Shown: positions 1-8,525, numbered from the stretch's first letter. The stretch is 38,217 nt of DNA from a virus (IMGVR_UViG_3300043103_000226:1-38217), one strand, 5' to 3'. A program made the numbers and translations. Notes: a model not told the origin generated them from the sequence alone.

Positions 1-127
1 AGTCGATGCCACCCTGCGCCGCTCCACCGTGCGCTGGCTGCGCTACGATGATCTGGATCTCTTCTGGTTCTTCCGCCGCATCGAGGGCGAGATCCTCCGC
101 GCCAATGCCACCTTTGGCTACGAGCTC
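1..127. repeat. 127-bp terminal direct repeat (copy 1), assembly circularisation overlap
   Basis: 1-127 is identical to 38091-38217; 127 is a common assembler k-mer; an ORF reads through the junction in frame. Confidence 0.95.
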
Positions 128-442
128 CAGCACAGCAGCACCGAGTGGCAGCTCACCGAATACGACAGTGCCGACCGCCAACTCTACGACTGGCATCAAG
201 ACAGCAGCGAGCTCTGCAAAGATGCCTTTGAGCGTAAGCTCACCCTTGTGCTCCAGCTCACCGACCCCGCCAAATACGAGGGAGGCACCTTTGAGCTCAA
301 AGGTGATCCCCTACCTGAAACCCATTTCAAAAATGCTGGTGATCTCCTCTTTTTTAGAAGTGCCCTCTGGCACCGCGCCACCGAAGTCACCCAAGGCAAA
401 CGCTACAGCCTCGTCAGCTGGATCAAAGGCCCGAGACGGTAA
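1..442 (+). CDS. 2OG-Fe(II) oxygenase, prolyl-4-hydroxylase/PKHD-like (3' part; gene starts at 37963 across the junction, 189 aa)
   Basis: HxD (YDWHQD), RKLTLVLQL..YEGG strand, distal His (LWHRA), 2OG-binding RxS (GKRYSLVSW). Confidence 0.9.
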   Translation, partial: VDATLRRSTVRWLRYDDLDLFWFFRRIEGEILRANATFGYELQHSSTEWQLTEYDSADRQLYDWHQDSSELCKDAFERKLTLVLQLTDPAKYEGGTFELKGDPLPETHFKNAGDLLFFRSALWHRATEVTQGKRYSLVSWIKGPRR

Positions 443-445
443 ATC

Positions 446-679
446 ATGAGTATAACTCAAGAACAAAATAAACGTGAGTCACCGGTGCTGTGCATGTCTG
501 ATGGGTGCCCAAGAAAGCGGCACGCTGCACAGTGGCTTTACGATTACCCTGGCATAGCATGGTTCCCAATGTGCGACCGTGCGCGCCACCGATTGATGAA
601 TCCTCCTGCAAAATTTCAACCCGGCCTGTCTGTGAATGACTTCACCCCTTTGCCTTTGAACACCAAGCTCATCGGCTGA
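446..679 (+). CDS. small hypothetical protein (77 aa)
   Basis: ATG 3 nt after the oxygenase stop, fills the gap, no recognisable motif. Confidence 0.5.
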   Translation: MSITQEQNKRESPVLCMSDGCPRKRHAAQWLYDYPGIAWFPMCDRARHRLMNPPAKFQPGLSVNDFTPLPLNTKLIG

Positions 680-708
680 GCTTTTACAGAAGTTCGGAGC
701 AGCAGATG

Positions 709-749
709 TTCGTCATTCTTTCGTCATTCGGATTTAGGCCTTCGTCATT
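709..749 (+). repeat. 3x TTCGTCATT direct repeat
   Basis: copies at 709-717, 720-728 and 741-749, directly before a TTGACA element. Confidence 0.8.
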
Positions 750-752
750 TTT

Positions 753-774
753 TTGACACCGCCCCCAGATCGTG
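753..774 (+). promoter_or_regulatory. late element TTGACA-N13-GTG
   Basis: TTGACA 753-758, start codon 772. Confidence 0.7.
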
Positions 775-2622
775 GAAACCGCGATCTTCGTCAACCTCTC
801 CAAATACACCGCTCACGCAGGCATCACGGGGGTAGCACCTCCCACGGTTGACTGCACTCTGCTCACCGAGTGGCAGGTCAGCTTTGCCTTCTTCCAGCCC
901 GGCTCCGCCGCCGCTGCCCTCAGTGGTGCCACCTTCCGCTTTGCCCTCAAAGAGACCCCCACCAGCAGCCCGCTGATCTTTAGCAGCAGCCTCACCAATT
1001 CAGGGGCCGTCTACACGGCCGACTTCAGCAGCGTAGACAGTGCCGCCCTGCGCACCCTCATCGGCGATCAGCCCACCATCGAAGTCGTCGGCGAGATCGA
1101 GTGGACCATCAGCAGCCGCCGTGAGCGCGTGCATTTCCCCGTCACCGTCACCAATGCCTGGGCACGGCCTGACGACGCCGCACCCGATCCCGTCGCAGAG
1201 GCCAGCATCGTCTGGTTCAATGAGCAGCTCGCCACTCGCGCCGTGCGTTTTGATGTCGCTCAACAACTCACCACACAGCAGAAGACCCAAGGCCGCGACA
1301 ACCTAGGCATCACCGGCACCGGTGGCAGTGCAGCCTGGGCAGACATCACGGGCAAGCCCAGCACCTTTCCGCCAAGTGCCCACACGCATAGTGCTTCCGA
1401 TATTGTCAGCGGCGCACTGGCCGTGGCTAATGGCGGCACCGGATCAACAACCGCATCGGCCGCACGGGAAGCCCTAGGTCTGAGACTGGCCCAAGATGTG
1501 CAGCCTTACAGCGCGGTTTTGGATGCACTGCTGCCTCTTAATGTGCTGGATACTGGAGGCGATGTCGGAACCACTCTTCAGCTAGGCTCTGGTGCAAATT
1601 TTGTTGACGATAATGCCACGACATCAGGAGGTGATGCTGGGGAAATAAGGCTTGTAGGCGGAGATGCGTATGGAGATGCCTCGATCCAGCGTAACGGCGG
1701 AGATGCAGGATTGATTCTGATGCTTGGCGGTCATGCCTCTGATCAGTCTGAAGGCGGAGCTGCTGGCACCATCAATACCAGCGCATCCGGTCAATACCTT
1801 GGCGGCAGCCTGCTGATGAATGCCACTGACCGAAACGCAGGCAGCATCAACACGCAGGCTGGTGGTAATCTAACCATGGGCACAGCCAACGTCTCAGGGC
1901 CAGCCGTTGCTGGCACGCTGCTCACTGATGCCAGCAGCCTGCCAGCCGCTAACCTCACCGGCACCATCGACAATGCTCGTTTAGCTGCAAATATCACTGG
2001 TAGAGCAAGCTTTTCTGCCACAGACGGATCAACAAAAGACTCATCTTTAAGTGCCTCAAATCTTTCTTTTACGGATAACGATTCAGGTCAGCTAGTTAGC
2101 ATAGAGACGCCTGCCACAGGCAGTCAAATTTTCCTCACTTGGCCAAGTTCGACTGGCGTCTTACTAACCAACAACAGCAGTCTTCCAGCCGCTAACCTAA
2201 CAGATACGATTGCAGCAGCTAGAATGGGTTCAGGCACTGCGAACTCGAGCACCTACCTGCGAGGTAACAATACTTTTGCAGCCTTGCCAACAACCATCCA
2301 ACTTGCCTGCTCCGACGAAACAACGGCACTGACTACTGGGGTAAAAGTGACCTTCCGAATGCCCTATGGGATGACTCTCACGTCAGTGCGAGCTAGTCTG
2401 ACAACTGCACCAACGGTGTCCTCGGTTATAGTGAATGTTAAAGAAAGTGGTGCTACTGTTTTAAGTTCTTTGCTGACCATTGCTACTGGATCAAAAACTA
2501 GCACGACAACATCAATCAGCGACTCGTCATTGGCTGACGATTCGGAGATAACAATAGAGGTAACACAAAGTGGAGGCGTGGCCGCAGGTTTGAAATTAAC
2601 GCTCATTGGAACAAGATTATGA
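772..2622 (+). CDS. tail fibre / baseplate-attached fibre protein (616 aa)
   Basis: BppU-like N-terminus, WADITGKPSTFPPSAHTH fibre motif, GALAVANGGTG motif, Gly-rich shaft, repeated LLTxxSSLPAANLT, C-terminal beta domain. Confidence 0.8.
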   Translation: METAIFVNLSKYTAHAGITGVAPPTVDCTLLTEWQVSFAFFQPGSAAAALSGATFRFALKETPTSSPLIFSSSLTNSGAVYTADFSSVDSAALRTLIGDQPTIEVVGEIEWTISSRRERVHFPVTVTNAWARPDDAAPDPVAEASIVWFNEQLATRAVRFDVAQQLTTQQKTQGRDNLGITGTGGSAAWADITGKPSTFPPSAHTHSASDIVSGALAVANGGTGSTTASAAREALGLRLAQDVQPYSAVLDALLPLNVLDTGGDVGTTLQLGSGANFVDDNATTSGGDAGEIRLVGGDAYGDASIQRNGGDAGLILMLGGHASDQSEGGAAGTINTSASGQYLGGSLLMNATDRNAGSINTQAGGNLTMGTANVSGPAVAGTLLTDASSLPAANLTGTIDNARLAANITGRASFSATDGSTKDSSLSASNLSFTDNDSGQLVSIETPATGSQIFLTWPSSTGVLLTNNSSLPAANLTDTIAAARMGSGTANSSTYLRGNNTFAALPTTIQLACSDETTALTTGVKVTFRMPYGMTLTSVRASLTTAPTVSSVIVNVKESGATVLSSLLTIATGSKTSTTTSISDSSLADDSEITIEVTQSGGVAAGLKLTLIGTRL

Positions 2623-3989
2623 GTTTCATCATCAACCCATATAGTTTCGGGTTTAACCCTTTGTCGCTGAGTCCTGCTCTTTGGCTCAGTGATACAGGCA
2701 GCGACCCTGCTGTTTGGCCGGATTTGTCAGGCAATGGGAGGAATGCTACGCAGGCAACAGTAGGAGCGCAACCTGCTATTGTGACAGGTGCAATTAACGG
2801 GCGGCAGGTAAGGCGGTTTAATGGTTTAACTAACTACCTTCAAAGCAACTCTGCTTTAGCCACTACTACAGGGACTATTTTTGTCGTCAGTCAATTTACA
2901 GATTTGATTGTTGCTGATCGAGTGATTTTTCAAGCGGGAACCAACGCTACAAAAGCAAGTGTTGGTTTATCAATTCACACTAATCGTGCTCGAAAATCAT
3001 TCATTTATGGATCTACGGATATAATTGGAACTGCTACAACAAATGCCACAAGCATGAGTTGCATATTCAACGCTTCTGGCAATACCTATTACCAAGATGG
3101 CACACTAGTTGGGTCTGTTAGTGTAACAGGAATTAGTTGCGGTGCAGGCTTTACTGTTGGTTCATTGCGGGACGGATCTTTTACGACTTTTTACAAAGGC
3201 GACATCGCCGAAATTCTCGTCTTTCCAACCGCACTCAGCACCACAGACCGCCAAGCCGTTGAGTCCTACCTCCGCACCAAATGGGGCACACCTGCTCCAT
3301 TTGACCCGCTCTCACTAAGCCCAGCTCTTTGGCTTAGTGACACAGGCAGCGACCAGTCTGTGTGGCCTGATCTTTCGGGCAATGGGAGAAATGCTACAGC
3401 AGGCGCAGGGCAGCAACCTGCTATTATAGCTGGAGCGCAAAATGGGCGACAGGTTAGACGCTTTGATGGCTCAAATGATTACATGAGCTGCGGTAATGTG
3501 ATTAATGTTGGATTAGGAGAAATCACTTTATTTGCAGTTACTAAAATCAACTCAGGCGTTAATGTTGGGATCGTTGGAAAGTCGGTATCAGCAGCCGCGG
3601 GTGGGCGTTATACGATTGTAAGATATTTGGGTAATCTTGAAGCAAATGGTTCGTTTGATGCCGCTGGTGTTGGCCCGTCAGCAGTGTTACCATCCGATTC
3701 AAGCACTGCTATGCGTGTTCTGGGTGCTGTGCTAACAAGAGGGACTAGCACGCTTTATGTTAACGGTTCCTTGGCTGCAACAGCTTCATATACTGCTGTC
3801 AATACTGATTTTAATAATAGCTATCCATTGTATATCGGAGCATTTCAAAATGCAACTGGAACGGCACCAGTAGCTGGGTTTTACTTAAACGGTGACATTG
3901 CCGAAATCTTTATTTTTCAAAGAGCACTCAGCACCACCGACCGTCAAGCCGTCGAGTCTTACCTTCGCACCAAATGGGGCACACCATAA
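2619..3989 (+). CDS. receptor-binding protein with two tandem LamG/ConA-like domains (456 aa)
   Basis: two copies of F[ND]PLSLSPALWLSD...GDIAEI...ALSTTDRQAVESYLRTKWGTP; ATGA overlap with the fibre gene. Confidence 0.8.
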   Translation: MSFIINPYSFGFNPLSLSPALWLSDTGSDPAVWPDLSGNGRNATQATVGAQPAIVTGAINGRQVRRFNGLTNYLQSNSALATTTGTIFVVSQFTDLIVADRVIFQAGTNATKASVGLSIHTNRARKSFIYGSTDIIGTATTNATSMSCIFNASGNTYYQDGTLVGSVSVTGISCGAGFTVGSLRDGSFTTFYKGDIAEILVFPTALSTTDRQAVESYLRTKWGTPAPFDPLSLSPALWLSDTGSDQSVWPDLSGNGRNATAGAGQQPAIIAGAQNGRQVRRFDGSNDYMSCGNVINVGLGEITLFAVTKINSGVNVGIVGKSVSAAAGGRYTIVRYLGNLEANGSFDAAGVGPSAVLPSDSSTAMRVLGAVLTRGTSTLYVNGSLAATASYTAVNTDFNNSYPLYIGAFQNATGTAPVAGFYLNGDIAEIFIFQRALSTTDRQAVESYLRTKWGTP

Positions 3990-3997
3990 AAACGCTC

Positions 3998-4468
3998 ATG
4001 TCTAAAATTCTCTACTATATCCCCACTGGGACCCTTCGCCCATATCCTCGTAATGATGACGAGCCTGTGGTCGGTCTAGATCCAGATTACGACGTGTTTG
4101 ACGTAACCCATGAGGATCGGATACCGTATGATCCCGCCACTCAGTGCCTAACCGAAACTGAAACTATTGACGTTCCAGCAAAAACGGTGACTTACGGCTG
4201 GCGGATCGACGATCTTCCTTCCCCTCCGCCTCCACTCGACTACAAAATCTGGGCAAACGCGCAGGCATTTGTGGCGGAATTTACAGACGAGGAAAAGGCG
4301 GGAATTGCCCTCAGCACTGACCCGACAGTTGCCGCTCTGCGCTTTGAGCTTTCCACTTGGTTTTCCGAAGTCCATTCTAACGATCCTCGCGTTGTCGCGG
4401 GACTAGACAAACTCATCGAATTGCAGATCATCACCGAAATCCGACGAACCGAGATCATCGCACACTGA
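3998..4468 (+). CDS. tail fibre-associated/assembly protein
   Basis: follows the RBP; YDPATQCL..E motif, Pro linker, C-terminal DPRVVAGLDKL..ITEIRRTEII; start at ATG 3998. Confidence 0.55.
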   Translation: MSKILYYIPTGTLRPYPRNDDEPVVGLDPDYDVFDVTHEDRIPYDPATQCLTETETIDVPAKTVTYGWRIDDLPSPPPPLDYKIWANAQAFVAEFTDEEKAGIALSTDPTVAALRFELSTWFSEVHSNDPRVVAGLDKLIELQIITEIRRTEIIAH

Positions 4469-4471
4469 CGC

Positions 4472-4855
4472 ATGCTGACCCATCTCGCCACTCATGCCAC
4501 CGAGATTAAGCTGACCGCCGCCGCCGTGCTGGGCTTCTCAGCGTGGCTCGCTGATGCCAGTGGAGATCAAGAGATCAAAGGCTGGGAAGAGATCGGTCTC
4601 AAGGGCATCTTACTGTTTGCCGTCTATTACATCGGCAGGCTTTTTTTGTCAGCCCAGCGCGAGCACAAGGCCGAGATGAAAGAGACCTGGGACCTGCACA
4701 AAAACGAGTCCCTCAAACGTGAAGAACGCATGGCCGAAGCCATGACCAAGCAAACCGTCAGCCTCGAAAAACTCTGCGAGATCAGCCAGGAGCAGGTCGA
4801 ACATTTCCGCGCCTTCGTCAAAAGTGCCGTCGATGAAAAAATGCGGCCTCACTGA
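4472..4855 (+). CDS. membrane protein, holin/spanin-like
   Basis: two hydrophobic segments then a charged coiled coil; first gene of the lysis cluster. Confidence 0.5.
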   Translation: MLTHLATHATEIKLTAAAVLGFSAWLADASGDQEIKGWEEIGLKGILLFAVYYIGRLFLSAQREHKAEMKETWDLHKNESLKREERMAEAMTKQTVSLEKLCEISQEQVEHFRAFVKSAVDEKMRPH

Positions 4856-4888
4856 CCTGACCTTTAAAGCTCGCAGAGCGTAGGAGGT

Positions 4889-4913
4889 TTGACATCCTGA
4901 CCGGATTGTCATG
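4889..4913 (+). promoter_or_regulatory. late element TTGACA-N13-G (ATG 3 nt further)
   Basis: TTGACA 4889-4894, ATG 4911. Confidence 0.6.
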
Positions 4914-5159
4914 AAAACCCGCCCCATCGCCCTCATCCTGCTCTTGGCCATCATCGGCTTCATGCTCGCCGCCGTCACCAGCTGCTCAAGCCTCTCGCCC
5001 AGCACGCAGGCCAAGCTAGATGCTGCCTCCACCAAATACGAGACCACCACCGGCATCAGCCTTACCCAGACCCTTGGCCTAATCACCCAATGGTATCGTG
5101 ATTATCAGCGCACCAAAGCCGCCAACACGCCCCCAGCTCCCGACCTGCCGACCAAGTAA
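4911..5159 (+). CDS. lipoprotein, possible spanin component
   Basis: basic N-terminus, hydrophobic h-region, lipobox-like AVTS-C, Pro-rich tail, lysis context. Confidence 0.6.
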   Translation: MKTRPIALILLLAIIGFMLAAVTSCSSLSPSTQAKLDAASTKYETTTGISLTQTLGLITQWYRDYQRTKAANTPPAPDLPTK

Positions 5160-5183
5160 CTAAGCACCACGACTCTCATCGCC

Positions 5184-5441
5184 ATGAAGACTCTCATCAA
5201 ACTCGCCACTCGTTACCTGCAACCAGCCCTGGCCAACTACAAGACCACCCTCGCAGGCATCGCCATGATCCTGCACGCCTCACTCGTCATCATTGATCAA
5301 ACCGTCGGCATTGCCAACGGCACCGCCGAACTCAGCCCCGAGCAGCTCATGCTCGCCAAAGCCGAGATCCTTGGTGGCTTCGGCTTCATCTTTGCGCGCG
5401 ATGCCGACAAATCCAGCCAGCAAAGCGGCATCCGCAAATAG
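5184..5441 (+). CDS. putative holin (85 aa)
   Basis: NYKTTLAGI start, two TM segments, charged ARDADKSS tail, adjacent to the endolysin. Confidence 0.6.
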   Translation: MKTLIKLATRYLQPALANYKTTLAGIAMILHASLVIIDQTVGIANGTAELSPEQLMLAKAEILGGFGFIFARDADKSSQQSGIRK

Positions 5442-5476
5442 TCCTCTCGATCCAGTCTCATCCGCTCCCACTCCCA

Positions 5477-5512
5477 GCCGCTACCTGCACACCAGGCAGC
5501 GGCCTTTTTTTT
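5477..5512 (+). terminator. intrinsic terminator merging into a TTGACA element
   Basis: GCCGCTACCTG/CAGGCAGCGGC stem followed by T8. Confidence 0.7.
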
Positions 5513-5532
5513 GACAATCGTCTCAAGACATG
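5511..5532 (+). promoter_or_regulatory. late element TTGACA-N13-ATG
   Basis: TTGACA 5511-5516, ATG 5530. Confidence 0.7.
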
Positions 5533-5961
5533 TCCACCTCTGCCAAGATCTACGCCGCCGCCCTGCCCTACCTTGGCACCAAAGAAACCCCTGGAGCGGC
5601 CACAAATCCCACCATCACCCGCTGGATCAAACAAGCCGCCACATGGCTCGACAAAGACGACAGCAAAACCGCCTGGTGCGGCTGCTTCCGAGGTCACCTC
5701 GGCATCGAGACCGCCACCGGCTGCCCTCCTGAACATTACCGCGCCGCCGCCTGGGCTAAATGGGGCACCCGCATCGACATCACCAAGCCATTGCTCTGGC
5801 AACGTGGCGACACCATCGTCATGACCCGCCCCGGCGGCAACCACGTCTGTCTCCTTGACCGCATCCAAGGAACCAAGGCATACTGCCTAGGCGGCAACCA
5901 AAGTGACGCCGTCACCATCGCCCCCTTCCCCATCACCCGAATCACACACGTCAGACGTTAA
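5530..5961 (+). CDS. endolysin, CHAP/NlpC-P60-like (TIGR02594-type)
   Basis: YLGTKE.PG..TNP.I, TAWCGCF (catalytic Cys), GNHVCL (His), LGGNQSDAV. Confidence 0.85.
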   Translation: MSTSAKIYAAALPYLGTKETPGAATNPTITRWIKQAATWLDKDDSKTAWCGCFRGHLGIETATGCPPEHYRAAAWAKWGTRIDITKPLLWQRGDTIVMTRPGGNHVCLLDRIQGTKAYCLGGNQSDAVTIAPFPITRITHVRR

Positions 5962-6010
5962 AATTAACGGTCAAAAAACAAGACCTTACCTTTTATAAAA
6001 CCTCAAAATC

Positions 6011-6181
6011 CGTGACTTTAAACGTGACGCGCCCCTCAAACCCATAAAAACGCCTGCTAGAACTGCCTTCGATTCCTGTCGGGGACACCACCTTTACTGG
6101 GTGGGTTACTGGGTAAAGGGGGTATGAAAACGCTCGAAAATGCGCGAAAGTGATTTTAGGACGTGACGCGGACGTGACTTT
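6011..6181 (+). promoter_or_regulatory. integrase arm-type sites (CGTGAC direct repeats) flanking the att core
   Basis: CGTGACTTT 6011, ACGTGACGCG 6022, GACGTGACGCG 6160, GACGTGACTTT 6171. Confidence 0.65.
6068..6090 (+). other. attP core equal to the 3' end of a host tRNA (Arg-like)
   Basis: TTCGATTCCTGTCGGGGACACCA is T-loop, T-stem, acceptor strand and CCA; no 5' tRNA half; ~110 bp upstream of the integrase. Confidence 0.85.
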
Positions 6182-6197
6182 GTAGGAGTCTTTGGGG

Positions 6198-7364
6198 ATG
6201 AAAATCAGGCGTCGTGTGTATAAATCGGGGACGGTATCTTACCAGGTGGATTTTGGGATTGTAGAGGGGCAACGGGTCCAAAGGTCGTTCCCTACAAAAC
6301 AGGAGGCGCGGGAGGCGGTGAGTCAGGCGGGGGTGGCACGGGCTCGCCATGGGCATGTGGCGGGGGCTTTGTCTTCACGGGAAATGGCGGAGATTATCCT
6401 GGCTAAAGATCGGCTGAAAATCACGGGGGCTTCGATTGCTGAGGCGGTGGATTTTTATCTGGGGAATGCGCCGGTGATGACGAAGAGCGTGAAGCTGAGG
6501 AAGTTGATCGATCTGTTCACGGATGCGAAGGAACGTGCTGGATGCAGCACGAGGTATGTGCGGCAGCTGCGGGTTTCCCTGGGGGCGGTGGAGAGGTCGA
6601 TGCCGGAGGTGATGGCGCATGAGGTGAAGCGGGAGGATGTGGAGTCGTGGCTGCGCTCGGGGACTTGGGCGGCGAGGACTAAGAACGGCTACTTGGGCGA
6701 TGTGGCATCGCTGTATTCATGGGCGATGCGCGAGGGCTATGCGCGGATGAACCCGGCGGTGATGGTGGATCGGGCGCGAGTGGCGGAGGGGGAGATCGGC
6801 ACGCTGACTTTGGCCCAGTGTGAGGAGCTGCTGCGCGCTGCGCTGAATGAGCCGCATGTGATGCCGTATCTGGTTCTGGGAATGTTTGGTGGGCTGCGGC
6901 CTGCGGAGATCGAGCGACTGGAGTGGCGGGCGGTGGATCTGGAAGCGGGGACGGTGATTGTGTCGGGTGCTCAGGCGAAGACCAGGCAGCGGCGGGTGGT
7001 GGATCTGTGCCCGAATGCGGTGGCGTGGATTCAAGCCTCCTTCGCTCTGCAAGCTACGAAGCCCACGGGCCCACTCTGTGGAAAATGGTGGGATGGGCGG
7101 TGGCGTTTGTTCCGGCACGCTTTAGGCTGGGCGGTGGGTGCGGGAGATCTGCGGGTGCCACGGCCGGACATCAAGCCGGTGCATGGGCTGTGGCCTCAAA
7201 ATGCGCTGCGGCATACATTTGCGAGCATGCACTATGCGCATCATCAAAATGAGGCGGCTTTGCAGGTGCAGATGGGTCATGAGTCGGCTGCGATGCTGCA
7301 CCGGCATTATCGAGCTATTAAAACAAGATCGGAGGCGGGGAAGTTTTGGGAGTTGCGGCCGTGA
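6198..7364 (+). CDS. int: tyrosine integrase
   Basis: arm-binding N-terminus, SAM-like core, GLRPAEI (R), AKT (K), NALRHTFAS, QMGH, RHY (Y); AGGAG RBS favours ATG 6198. Confidence 0.95.
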   Translation: MKIRRRVYKSGTVSYQVDFGIVEGQRVQRSFPTKQEAREAVSQAGVARARHGHVAGALSSREMAEIILAKDRLKITGASIAEAVDFYLGNAPVMTKSVKLRKLIDLFTDAKERAGCSTRYVRQLRVSLGAVERSMPEVMAHEVKREDVESWLRSGTWAARTKNGYLGDVASLYSWAMREGYARMNPAVMVDRARVAEGEIGTLTLAQCEELLRAALNEPHVMPYLVLGMFGGLRPAEIERLEWRAVDLEAGTVIVSGAQAKTRQRRVVDLCPNAVAWIQASFALQATKPTGPLCGKWWDGRWRLFRHALGWAVGAGDLRVPRPDIKPVHGLWPQNALRHTFASMHYAHHQNEAALQVQMGHESAAMLHRHYRAIKTRSEAGKFWELRP

Positions 7365-7384
7365 CTTGTGAGCCTTGAAAATAA

Positions 7385-7434
7385 TTCGCACAAAGTCCGA
7401 AAAAAGAATTTGCACAATTCGGACAATGTGCGAA
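7385..7434. promoter_or_regulatory. pair of 17-bp pseudo-palindromic operators
   Basis: TTCGCACAAAGTCCGAA 7385-7401 and TTCGGACAATGTGCGAA 7418-7434 in AT-rich DNA upstream of the HTH operon. Confidence 0.65.
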
Positions 7435-7474
7435 CTACTAAGGGTAGTCAGTCACAACAAACCAAAGCAAACTT

Positions 7475-7684
7475 ATGAAAACACAAATGGCCGTTCCTCA
7501 TCGTTACCTTGTATTTCACGGACTTAAGCAAGATGAAAATCAAAGCGAAAAAAGTCTGAACTGCTACTGGCTGCCTGCAGATGTTGATTCTTTCGAGTTT
7601 CAAGCTCGTAAAATGGAAGAGCTAAAATCCCAAATGGCTGATGATACCAGTGTTTTTTGGTCCAATACTCCTTTGCGTAAATGA
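7475..7684 (+). CDS. small hypothetical protein (69 aa)
   Basis: A-rich leader, ATGA overlap with the HTH gene. Confidence 0.65.
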   Translation: MKTQMAVPHRYLVFHGLKQDENQSEKSLNCYWLPADVDSFEFQARKMEELKSQMADDTSVFWSNTPLRK

Positions 7685-7866
7685 CCTTCGCCCAACAACT
7701 CAAAAGCGAGCGTCAACGCTTAGGTCTGACGCGGGTGGAGGCGGCAAGACTGCTTGAGGTCTCGGCTTCGTGGGTAGATAAGGCAGAACGTGATGTTCGT
7801 GAACCGATCAAGATCACGCAAGAGGGGGCTTTGGCCAGGCTAAAGCAGATTAAAAAGCCCAAATAA
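7681..7866 (+). CDS. XRE-family HTH protein (61 aa)
   Basis: FAQQLKSERQRLGLTRVEAARLLEVSASWVDKAE. Confidence 0.85.
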   Translation: MTFAQQLKSERQRLGLTRVEAARLLEVSASWVDKAERDVREPIKITQEGALARLKQIKKPK

Positions 7867-7890
7867 AAGCAGCCATTAACATTCAAATTC

Positions 7891-7923
7891 AGCGGAAGTC
7901 TTGGAAGAGTCTTCCGCTTTTTT
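7891..7923 (+). terminator. intrinsic terminator
   Basis: AGCGGAAG...CTTCCGCT stem followed by a T-tract. Confidence 0.75.
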
Positions 7924-7984
7924 GTGCCTATGTGGACGCCATTGACGATGTTGACCTTGTTGAGGGGTATGTCAGGATGCGACG

Positions 7985-8518
7985 ATGAATGGAAATCAAA
8001 CTTATTGGCTCTGCCGTGCGCAGGGATGTGCGACTGAGGGGCCGTTTACGTTGGCTCAGTTAACCACGATGTATGGTAAGGGTGCGGTGACGGCTGAGGC
8101 GATGCTGTGTGAGGCGGGATCTAGAACATGGGTGCTGTTGGTCCAGGTGCTGGAGGGTGGCGGAAAGGTGGCCTTTATTCACTCTCGTAAGATACGGGTC
8201 GGTGGTAGCACGCTGCTGGCTGTGTGCCTGTTCCTGATTGGGCTGTGTATGCTGATCTCTGCTTTGTTTCTGATTGGCTTGGCTATCATGGCAGCGAGTG
8301 GCCTGGTGCGGGCTAAGTATCGCATTGAGTCTTTCTGCTCGGACTGTGGCAACACAGTGGCAATGACGAGCCTCACCTGCCCCTCCTGTAAGGCTGAGCT
8401 TGAGCTTCCGCCTGAAACCAGTCAGCAGAAGATGACGAAGATCTTTTGGTGGATGCTTTATGCGGTGATCTTCTTTTGTATTGGCTTGATGATCGTCAAT
8501 GGTCTGGCCCCAAAGTGA
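7985..8518 (+). CDS. membrane protein with GYF_2-like N-domain, TM hairpin, zinc ribbon and C-terminal TM
   Basis: YW...EGPFTLAQL..MY..G.VT...W; CSDCG..CPSC; hydrophobic segments. Confidence 0.7.
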   Translation: MNGNQTYWLCRAQGCATEGPFTLAQLTTMYGKGAVTAEAMLCEAGSRTWVLLVQVLEGGGKVAFIHSRKIRVGGSTLLAVCLFLIGLCMLISALFLIGLAIMAASGLVRAKYRIESFCSDCGNTVAMTSLTCPSCKAELELPPETSQQKMTKIFWWMLYAVIFFCIGLMIVNGLAPK

Positions 8519-8525
8519 TAGGCAT

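Noticed and set aside
1-127. Biological direct terminal repeat
   Set aside because: The length equals a common assembler k-mer, it lies mid-gene, and the GpA-type terminase implies ends near terS
6-449. Alternative-frame 147-aa ORF
   Set aside because: Low-complexity Ser/Pro translation overlapping the oxygenase frame that carries the catalytic motifs
3198-3986. DGR template/variable repeat pair in the RBP gene
   Set aside because: Differences between the two repeats are mostly synonymous C/T changes rather than adenine-specific, both copies are coding, and no reverse transcriptase is present
6068-6090. Complete tRNA gene
   Set aside because: Only the T-loop to CCA part is present; upstream sequence cannot form the D or anticodon arms
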